Assembly: GCA_039803745.1 (NCBI GenBank)
Contig: JBDRZD010000003.1
Coordinates: 1-46,946, forward strand
Length of the DNA: 46,946 nucleotides
Source: a candidate division WOR-3 bacterium
GTDB lineage: Bacteria; Hydrothermota; Hydrothermia; Hydrothermales; Hydrothermaceae
Direction: 5' to 3'
A program made the translations under genes and the position numbers. Positions 40,035 to 46,946 of the stretch are shown piece after piece (within the stretch, counting starts at the first letter, position 1; the number at the start of each line of letters is the position of its first letter). The notes under the pieces were generated by a model. That model had not been told where the DNA came from. It saw only the letters and a list, made by a program, of their open reading frames with translations, and searched no databases.

Positions 40035-41412
40035 GATAGGGCTTGAAATCCATGTTGAATTAAAAACAAAGAGTAAAATGTTCTGCAGTTGTAAAAATGA
40101 ATATGGTGGTGAGCCAAATACACGAATATGTCCTGTTTGTCTTGGAGAACCCGGTACATTACCATCTCCTAATGAAGAGGCTATCAAAAAGAGCATTCTT
40201 TTATGCCTTGCATTAAACTCAGAAATAAATAAGGTCTCAATATTCACAAGAAAAAATTATTTTTATCCGGATTTGCCCAAAGGATATCAAATAACACAGT
40301 ATAAAGCAAGTATAGGAGAAGGAGGATATTTAGAAATAGATAACAAAAAAATATTAATCGATAGAGTAAATATTGAAGAAGAAACTGCAAAATCAATATA
40401 CACTGAAAAAGGCGAAGTTCTCCTTGATTTTAATAGATGCGGAATACCGCTTCTTGAAATCGTTACAAAACCTTTTATAAGTTCAATTTCCGAAGCATTA
40501 ACTTTTTTAAAAGAACTAAGAAAATTATTAAGATACCTTGATATATCAGAATGTGATATGGAAAAGGGAATGTACAGGGTTGATTCAAACATATCTATTC
40601 CTCCAAATGAAAGAGTTGAACTTAAAAATTTGAATTCCTTAAAAGCCTTTCAAGAGGCACTCTCTTATGAAATAGAAAGGCAGAAGGAAATTTTAAAAAG
40701 AGGAGAAAAAATAAAAAGGGAAACAAGACTATGGGACGAGTTCAAAAAAGAAACAAGAATAATGAGAATAAAAGAAGAGGAACTCGATTACAGGTATTTC
40801 CCTGAACCTGATTTACCACCCCTTGAAATAGATAAAGAAACTATAGAAGAATTAAAAAGAAAATTACCTGAATTACCTTATAATAAAAAAATAAGATTTA
40901 TAAAAGAGTATTCCTTAAATGAGAAAGAAGCAGAAATTTTAACATCCGAGAAGGAACTGTCTGAATTCTTTGAAGAAACCCTTAAAAATTATTACAATCC
41001 AAAAGAAGTGGCAAATTGGATTTTAACCGAAATCCTTGCTTATACAGAACCTGAAAATATTAAAGAAATTCAAATCACTCCTTTTGAACTTTCTGTTTTA
41101 ATAAAAAATGTATGTGAAAATGAACTCCCAAGAAATATAGGAAAAGAGATTTTAAAAAGAAAAGTTGAAAGAAAAGAAGATATATTTAAGATGATCGAAG
41201 AAGAAAAGAAAAAAATAATAAAAGAGGAAGGTTTAATTGAAGAAATTGTTAAAGAAGTTTTAGAGGAAAATAAAGAGGCAGTTTTAAAATATAAAAGTGG
41301 GAAGGAAGGAATAATTGGATTTTTAATTGGTGAAACAATGAAAAAATTAAAAGGAAAAGGAAATCCGAAAGAGATAAGAGAACTCCTTTTAAAAAATATT
41401 AAGGATTACTAA
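40024..41412 (+). CDS. gatB: Asp/Glu-tRNA amidotransferase subunit B
   Basis: IGLEIH, RKNYFYPDLPKGYQITQ, YRYFPEPDL. Confidence 0.96.
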   Translation: MEIKIGLEIHVELKTKSKMFCSCKNEYGGEPNTRICPVCLGEPGTLPSPNEEAIKKSILLCLALNSEINKVSIFTRKNYFYPDLPKGYQITQYKASIGEGGYLEIDNKKILIDRVNIEEETAKSIYTEKGEVLLDFNRCGIPLLEIVTKPFISSISEALTFLKELRKLLRYLDISECDMEKGMYRVDSNISIPPNERVELKNLNSLKAFQEALSYEIERQKEILKRGEKIKRETRLWDEFKKETRIMRIKEEELDYRYFPEPDLPPLEIDKETIEELKRKLPELPYNKKIRFIKEYSLNEKEAEILTSEKELSEFFEETLKNYYNPKEVANWILTEILAYTEPENIKEIQITPFELSVLIKNVCENELPRNIGKEILKRKVERKEDIFKMIEEEKKKIIKEEGLIEEIVKEVLEENKEAVLKYKSGKEGIIGFLIGETMKKLKGKGNPKEIRELLLKNIKDY

Positions 41413-41614
41413 TTTTTTTCTCAATCTTATCTTTTATAGGTTCTAAAAATTCTTTTTCGGTAATATAGGGATTTACCTTCAATGCTTTCTCAATAATCTT
41501 TCTTCTCTCTTCCTCGGTTTGAGCAAGTAAATATTTTTCCCTCAATTTCCTTATTTTTTCCCTCCTTTTTCTTTTTCTTTTTAAAATTGTGACATGAGGT
41601 CTGCCTTTTTTCAT
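41399..41614 (-). CDS. Small, very basic helical hypothetical protein (possibly DUF6800-like)
   Basis: GGAGGGAG before ATG; KRKRKRREKIRKLR...IIEKALKVNP; family call is from memory, not searched. Confidence 0.65.
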   Translation of the reverse strand: MKKGRPHVTILKRKRKRREKIRKLREKYLLAQTEEERRKIIEKALKVNPYITEKEFLEPIKDKIEKKISNP

Positions 41615-41622
41615 ACTCCCTC

Positions 41623-42678
41623 CTATTTAAAAATTATTGAAGTATAACTCACAATTGAACTTGTGATCTCTTCATGATATATTTTATAATCAATCATTTC
41701 GCCTTTTTTCACTCCCATAAATTTTAAAACTTCAAGGAATAAAAAATTTGTATAAATTCCATCAATCTTTGTAAAATTATTTCTTTCTTCCAAAAATTTA
41801 AATGCCTCATCATTTTCTATATTCTTTAAATGTTCAATGTATTTTAAATCAATTTGTGTTACATCAAATATTTCCTCATCGCCAAATTTTCTTCCCACAT
41901 GGCTTAAATCAATACTTGAAATTAAAAAAATATCATTTATAAAAGGCTCTATTGAATTAAAAATCCCATTTGCTATTTTCTTTAATTCATCCATACTTTC
42001 TTTAGAAACAAGGAAGGGGACTATATAAAAATCATCTCTTAATACGCTTAAAAATATTATGGGAAATTCAATTGAATGCTCATTTTTAAAACTTATAATA
42101 TCGTTAAAAATTTGGGAGCCAAAATTATTCTCTAAATTTTCCATAATTTTCTCCTCTATTTTTATTATCTTCTCTTTTATCCTGTAATTTTTTTTAAAAA
42201 CTGAAAAAATCCTCTCTGAATAAAAATGTGGAACTCCGAATATCAAAAAGATTCTTTTGTTCAAATTTTTTATAAAGGAATAAGATTTTAAATATGTATC
42301 AAGAGCAACATTCATATCAATATGGGGTACTATAATTCCCTTTAAATCTTCACCATCTTTAAAATCAATTTTTTCAATTTCTTTTCTAATTCTCTCAAAG
42401 TCAAATCTTACATTTATTTCTTTAAAAGGTGCTTCTTCAATTTTCTTTTTTTCTTCCTCAATTTTCTTATAAAAATTTTCATCTAAGAAAATATAATTTC
42501 TTTCCATCTCTTTAATAAAATTTATAATTTCTGCATCTGATAGAATTATTCCTGTATTTCTTAAAAATTTTGACTTTATATTTTCTATTTTTTCTTCACC
42601 ATCAAGGAGTGATAAAAGTAAAAAAGATTCCCTATTTAAAATCATTTCATTTGAAATTCCAAGAGGGTCTCTTATCAA
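41623..42678 (-). CDS. Memo-family protein (AmmeMemoRadiSam protein B-like); true start may be further upstream
   Basis: RDPLG, IIVPHID, EHSIEF, SSIDLSHVG.KFGD, SIVSY. Confidence 0.82.
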   Translation of the reverse strand: MIRDPLGISNEMILNRESFLLLSLLDGEEKIENIKSKFLRNTGIILSDAEIINFIKEMERNYIFLDENFYKKIEEEKKKIEEAPFKEINVRFDFERIRKEIEKIDFKDGEDLKGIIVPHIDMNVALDTYLKSYSFIKNLNKRIFLIFGVPHFYSERIFSVFKKNYRIKEKIIKIEEKIMENLENNFGSQIFNDIISFKNEHSIEFPIIFLSVLRDDFYIVPFLVSKESMDELKKIANGIFNSIEPFINDIFLISSIDLSHVGRKFGDEEIFDVTQIDLKYIEHLKNIENDEAFKFLEERNNFTKIDGIYTNFLFLEVLKFMGVKKGEMIDYKIYHEEITSSIVSYTSIIFK

Positions 42679-42738
42679 AAACTTATTTTTATAAGGAATT
42701 ATTTCTAAATTTCTTATTTTGAAAATATTCTTAAAAGA

Positions 42739-42811
42739 TGGGCCATGGAGGATTCGAACCTCCGACCCCCGGATTAAAAATCCGGTGCTCTGCCACCTGA
42801 GCTAATGGCCC
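42739..42811 (-). tRNA. tRNA-Lys(TTT)
   Basis: GGGCCAT/ATGGCCC-A acceptor, CCGGA-TTTTTAA-TCCGG arm, T-loop TTCGAAT; 73 nt; no CCA. Confidence 0.94.
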
Positions 42812-42826
42812 AAATAAAGATATATA

Positions 42827-42887
42827 ATTATAAAGGAAATATATTAAAAAATCAAAACTTGACAAACTCATTTTTTTAATGTATTTT
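42827..42887. promoter_or_regulatory. Divergent promoters (tRNA-Lys / Clp ATPase)
   Basis: Minus strand TTGATT-17-TATAAT; plus strand TTGACA-17-TATTTT. Confidence 0.65.
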
Positions 42888-42913
42888 TAAAGCAAATTTT
42901 TGGAGGTGAGAAA

Positions 42914-45316
42914 ATGAGGATTGATAAGTTTACTGAAGGAGCAAAAGAGGCAATTGCAAGGGCACAGGAACTTTTAATGAAACTCAAAAATTCCCAACTT
43001 GATGTTGAACATCTATTTTATTCTCTTTTAGAGCAGGAAGATGGTGTTGTTACTGAAATATTTAAAAAGTTAAATATTCCTGTTTATACATTAAAGGAAA
43101 GGCTTTTAAAAAATTTAAAGAAAATGCCTGTAATTGAAAGGGAGGGAAGCCCTCTTTTTCAGGTTTATATAACTCCAAGACTTCAAAGGCTCTTTGAAAA
43201 TGCGGAAGAAGAAGCAAAAAGATTGAATGATGAATATATTGCGCAGGAACATTTTTTGCTGGCAATGACAGATATAAGTGATGGTGAAACAAATAGAATT
43301 TTTAGAGATTTTAATATTGATAGAGAAAAAATATATAAAGCACTTTATGAAATAAGGGGGACACAAAGGGTTTCTGATCCATCTGCTGAGTCAAGGTATA
43401 AAGCCCTTGAAAGGTATACAATAGATATCACAAAACTTGCAAAAGAAGGAAAAATTGATCCTGTTATTGGAAGAGAAGAGGAAATGACAAGGGTTATGCA
43501 AGTTCTTTTGAGGAAAACAAAGAATAATCCTGTTTTAATAGGTGAGCCAGGGGTTGGGAAAACTGCTATTGTTTATGGGATTGCTCAGAGAATAGTTTCA
43601 GGGAATGTCCCTGATGCTTTAAAGAATAAAAGAATACTTGCACTTGATATGGGTGCGATTGTTGCAGGGAGTAAGTTCAGGGGTGAATTTGAAGAGAGAT
43701 TAAAAAGTGTTTTAGAAGAAGTCAAAAGAAAAAAAGATGAAATAATACTTTTTATTGATGAAATTCATACGCTTGTAGGTGCAGGGGCTGCAGAGGGTGC
43801 TCTTGATGCAGCAAACCTTTTAAAACCTTCTCTTGCTTCAGGAGAAATAAGGGTGATAGGTGCAACAACACTTGATGAATACAGAGAACATATAGAAAAA
43901 GACGGTGCTCTTGAAAGGAGATTCCAACCTGTTTATGTAAGGGAGCCAACTATTGAAGAAACGATTGAAATATTAAAGGGAATAAAGCCTAAATACGAAA
44001 TATTCCATAAAGTAAAAATAACTGATGCAGCAATTATAGCAAGTGCAAAACTTTCCGCAAGGTATTTAACAGGAAGAAAATTACCAGATAAAGCAATAGA
44101 TTTACTTGATGAAGCATGCAGTTATACAAAAATGAAATTTTCTGAAATGCCACAGGATTTGAAATCATTAAAAGAAGAAATGGAAAAACTTGAGGAAGAA
44201 GGAAAAATAAGTATAAAATACGGGGATGAAGAAAGGGCAAAAAAGGTGAAAGAAAAAATTGAAAATTATAAGAAAATTTTTGAAGAGAAAAAGAGGGAAT
44301 GGGAAAAAAGAGTAAAAGTTGATGATGTTGTTGATGAAAACGATATTGCCTATATTGTTTCAAAACAAACAGGAATACCTGTTACAAACTTATTAGAAGA
44401 TGAGGCAAAGAAACTTTTGAGGATGGAAGAAAAGCTTAAAGAAAAGGTGATTGGACAGGATAGAGCAATTGAAGTAATTGCAAATGCAATAAGAAGGTCA
44501 AGGAGTGGTATAGCAAGTTCTCAAAAACCGATAGGTATTTTTTTATTCTTAGGACCAACAGGTGTTGGCAAAACCCATGTTGCAAAAAAACTTGCAGAGT
44601 TTTTATTCAATGATGAGAATGCCTTAATAAGAATTGATATGTCGGAATATATGGAAAAACATGCAGTATCAAGGCTTATTGGTGCACCACCAGGATACAT
44701 AGGATATGAAAAAGGAGGACAGTTAACAGAGGCAGTAAGAAGGAGACCATACCAGGTTATACTTTTTGACGAAATAGAAAAGGCACATCCAGAGGTTTTA
44801 AATATTCTGTTACAGGTATTTGATGCAGGAAGATTAACAGATGCACAGGGGCATGTTGTTGATTTTAAAAACACAATAATAATAATGACATCAAACATAG
44901 CAGGTGATAAACTCTTAGATGAAGAAAAAAGTTATGAAGAAAGATACATTCTTGCAATGCAGGAAATAAAAAACTATTTTAAGCCTGAATTCATAAACAG
45001 GATTGATGAGATAGTGATATTTAATCCTCTTGGTGAAAAAGAAATTCTCAAAATAATTGACCTTCTTTTAGAAAGAGTTAAAGAAAATTTAATTGAAAAA
45101 GGAATTGAAATTGAATTTGAAGAATCTTCTAAAATTTTTCTACTTAGAAAAGGCTATGATCCAAATTTTGGTGCAAGACCACTTAGAAGGGTTATATCAA
45201 GATATATTGAAAATGAAATAGCAAAAATGATTATTGAAGGAAAAGTCTCAAAAGGTAAAAAGATAAAAGTGAAAGAAGAAAATGGAATTTTAAAATTTGA
45301 GATAATTGAAAATTAA
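42914..45316 (+). CDS. clpB: Class I Hsp100/Clp AAA+ ATPase (ClpB-like with a short middle domain)
   Basis: Clp N repeats, [43 protein letters not shown]. Confidence 0.88.
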   Translation: MRIDKFTEGAKEAIARAQELLMKLKNSQLDVEHLFYSLLEQEDGVVTEIFKKLNIPVYTLKERLLKNLKKMPVIEREGSPLFQVYITPRLQRLFENAEEEAKRLNDEYIAQEHFLLAMTDISDGETNRIFRDFNIDREKIYKALYEIRGTQRVSDPSAESRYKALERYTIDITKLAKEGKIDPVIGREEEMTRVMQVLLRKTKNNPVLIGEPGVGKTAIVYGIAQRIVSGNVPDALKNKRILALDMGAIVAGSKFRGEFEERLKSVLEEVKRKKDEIILFIDEIHTLVGAGAAEGALDAANLLKPSLASGEIRVIGATTLDEYREHIEKDGALERRFQPVYVREPTIEETIEILKGIKPKYEIFHKVKITDAAIIASAKLSARYLTGRKLPDKAIDLLDEACSYTKMKFSEMPQDLKSLKEEMEKLEEEGKISIKYGDEERAKKVKEKIENYKKIFEEKKREWEKRVKVDDVVDENDIAYIVSKQTGIPVTNLLEDEAKKLLRMEEKLKEKVIGQDRAIEVIANAIRRSRSGIASSQKPIGIFLFLGPTGVGKTHVAKKLAEFLFNDENALIRIDMSEYMEKHAVSRLIGAPPGYIGYEKGGQLTEAVRRRPYQVILFDEIEKAHPEVLNILLQVFDAGRLTDAQGHVVDFKNTIIIMTSNIAGDKLLDEEKSYEERYILAMQEIKNYFKPEFINRIDEIVIFNPLGEKEILKIIDLLLERVKENLIEKGIEIEFEESSKIFLLRKGYDPNFGARPLRRVISRYIENEIAKMIIEGKVSKGKKIKVKEENGILKFEIIEN

Positions 45317-45345
45317 AAGAAATTTACCTTATTATAAAAATCTTC

Positions 45346-45419
45346 GCCCCCGTAGCTCAAGGGGATAGAGCATCGGATTTCTAATCCGAGGGTTGCGGGT
45401 TCAAGTCCTGCCGGGGGCG
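45346..45419 (+). tRNA. tRNA-Arg(TCT)
   Basis: GCCCCCG/CGGGGGC-G acceptor, TCGGA-TTTCTAA-TCCGA arm; no CCA. Confidence 0.94.
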
Positions 45420-45429
45420 TTTATAAAAT

Positions 45430-45464
45430 AAAAAGGGGGAGGACAAAGCCTCCCCCACTTTTTT
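45430..45464. terminator. Bidirectional intrinsic terminator
   Basis: AAAAA-GGGGGAGG-acaaag-CCTCCCCC-acTTTTTT between convergent units. Confidence 0.85.
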
Positions 45465-45479
45465 AAGAATATATATTTT

Positions 45480-46220
45480 TTACTTTGTCTTAAGCCAGCG
45501 AAGCCCTTTTGTAGTCTGGAAATAGAAACTAACTGTATATTGATAACCTGATTTTGCAGAAATATACATTTTTGCAAAATAATCCTCTTCACCCATTGTA
45601 TTGATTGGTTCAAAATCAAACCATATATAATAAGCGGCTCCCTCCATAGCTGGTTGAGCAGTAATATAATTTCCTACACCAGGCGCAAGTTTTGCATCTT
45701 CCCAGTTCCCTGAAATTTCTGAAAATGCCGCATCTATATCAGGATTATTATGAACATTTGTTCTCACAGAATCCTTATAAAATAGCATCCATGCCTGTTC
45801 TTTAAAATTAACATTTCTTGGTGTAGCAACACCATTTACAAATTCTACATAAGAAGGATGTTCTGGATCAGGATCAAGGGCATCATAAACAGTAACATTT
45901 GCTGTTGATTTAGGTGTATAATCCCCTACCCATGGGTCTGATTCTCCTTCATCATTATAAGCAACAATTTCAACTTCCATAGCAGGTGTTGTCAACTCAT
46001 AATAAGTATTTGTTCCTTCATATACCTGATTTCCATCAGCATATACCCTGTATCCATCAGCATTATCTACAGGATCCCATTCAAATCTTAATCCTGCTCC
46101 ATTTTGAATAACTTTTACTGTATGAACATTTGGAGTTTCTGGAACCTCCCCCTTCTTACATCCATAAAAATAAATACCTATTCCAAGAATTATTCCTAAA
46201 CCTATTATATATTTTTTCAT
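45480..46220 (-). CDS. Putative lipoprotein with an FN3-like domain
   Basis: FYGC lipobox, WDPVDNADGYRVY...VAYNDEGES; GGAGGTGA SD. Confidence 0.75.
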   Translation of the reverse strand: MKKYIIGLGIILGIGIYFYGCKKGEVPETPNVHTVKVIQNGAGLRFEWDPVDNADGYRVYADGNQVYEGTNTYYELTTPAMEVEIVAYNDEGESDPWVGDYTPKSTANVTVYDALDPDPEHPSYVEFVNGVATPRNVNFKEQAWMLFYKDSVRTNVHNNPDIDAAFSEISGNWEDAKLAPGVGNYITAQPAMEGAAYYIWFDFEPINTMGEEDYFAKMYISAKSGYQYTVSFYFQTTKGLRWLKTK

Positions 46221-46230
46221 CTTTCACCTC

Positions 46231-46500
46231 CTATTTTTTTCTTACAGGTGGTAAACCTCCGCTTTCCTTTGGTGCAGATGGTGTCTTTGCCCCTGTCTTT
46301 GCTTCCATCTGTGTTATTTTACCTTCAAGCTGTGTTATTTTTCCTTCAAGTTCTGTTATTTTTCCTTCAAGTTCTGTCATTTTTCCTTTTACCTGTGTTA
46401 TTTCTGATTTCAGGCTCTCTATATCTTCCTTTATTTTTGCAGGTGCCTGGCAGCCCATTAAAAAGGCTACCACCACCATTCCCGCTATTAGTTTTTTCAT
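46231..46500 (-). CDS. Small coiled-coil lipoprotein (Lpp-like architecture)
   Basis: LMGC lipobox, heptads ITELEGK, C-terminal RKK; AAGGAGG SD. Confidence 0.78.
   Translation of the reverse strand: MKKLIAGMVVVAFLMGCQAPAKIKEDIESLKSEITQVKGKMTELEGKITELEGKITQLEGKITQMEAKTGAKTPSAPKESGGLPPVRKK
46309..46403. repeat. About 4.5 imperfect 21-bp tandem repeats encoding heptads
   Basis: Unit approximately CTGTGTTATTTTTCCTTCAAG starting at 46309, 46330, 46351, 46372 and 46393 (partial). Confidence 0.9.
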
Positions 46501-46561
46501 AAAAAACCTCCTTTTTAAGTGTTTTAAAGATAAAGTATTAAAATAAAAAAAGTCAAATGGA

Positions 46562-46946
46562 GAAGGGGTGAAAAAATTAAAATTTTATTCAGCAGGCTCA
46601 CCCTCAACTTCTAATGTAAGAGTAACAATTGTAAAATAACCTGTAAATGCGGAAATTATGTAATCTAAAAAACTTAAATAACTTTTTGCCTTTACATTTT
46701 TTAAATTATATTTTTGAATTAAATCCTCAGTTGAATTATCTGTAATTGGAACAAGCCCCCATACTGCATACCATACCCTTTTTGTAAGTTTTACTTTCCC
46801 TGTTTCCACTTCACTCATCAATTTCACTTCTTTCTGCGGAGGGGCAACATACCTTACAGCATAACAGGCTATAAAATTAAATAAAATTAAAATTGCAATT
46901 AATTTTTTCATAAAACCTCCTTTTTAATTTTAATTTTCACCCCTTC
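46562..46946. repeat. Inverted repeat pair flanking the Bor-like gene
   Basis: Left 46562-46584 GAAGGGGTGAAAA(AA)TTAAAATT; right 46926-46946 AATTTTAATTTTCACCCCTTC. Confidence 0.85.
46585..46911 (-). CDS. Bor/Iss-like small lipoprotein
   Basis: FIAC lipobox, WYAVWGL, SFLDYIISAFTG...TLEVEG; AAGGAGG SD. Confidence 0.7.
   Translation of the reverse strand: MKKLIAILILFNFIACYAVRYVAPPQKEVKLMSEVETGKVKLTKRVWYAVWGLVPITDNSTEDLIQKYNLKNVKAKSYLSFLDYIISAFTGYFTIVTLTLEVEGEPAE

Noticed and set aside
42812-42913. CtsR box or CIRCE upstream of the Clp ATPase
   Set aside because: No GGTCAAA-NAN-GGTCAAA direct repeat and no TTAGCACTC-N9-GAGTGCTAA found
46130-46546. Repetitive plus-strand ORFs, or the 21-bp repeat as a CRISPR array
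   Set aside because: The repeats are contiguous without spacers and are explained by the minus-strand lipoprotein, which has an SD and lipobox; no cas genes
45346-46946. Integrative element at tRNA-Arg(TCT)
   Set aside because: No integrase and no duplicated tRNA 3' end within the window; cannot be excluded beyond the edge

Overview
AT-rich, very densely packed bacterial chromosome segment made almost entirely of housekeeping genes. The organism is probably an anaerobic diderm (LolCDE-type transporter, lipoproteins, four-subunit 2-oxoacid:ferredoxin oxidoreductase). A WOR-3/FCB-associated thermophile is a guess from composition and protein style only. Main blocks: (1) a ~15.8 kb minus-strand run prfB (+1 frameshift)-lysS-lolC/E-lolD-mcsA-mcsB-merR-holA-coiled-coil/Zn-ribbon-TPR-coaE-Mut7-C-spoIID-GGDEF-rnr; (2) porCDAB; (3) an S8 protease with a large insert, accC and folP; (4) a ktrA-TPR-histidine kinase-HD-GYP-REC cluster; (5) str plus a truncated S10 operon ending in queA; (6) trxA-gatCAB, a Memo-family gene and a ClpB/C ATPase; (7) three lipoprotein genes. 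Five solitary CCA-less tRNAs are present. I found no CRISPR array, transposase, integrase or phage gene. The most notable signals are a Bor-like gene bracketed exactly by an inverted repeat that ends at the window edge, an Lpp-like lipoprotein built from 21-bp repeats, a perfect palindrome over the prfB -10/start, divergent EF-Tu switch I and EF-G domain IV, tRNA-Arg(GCG), likely non-AUG starts, and a CdvA-like coiled-coil protein.
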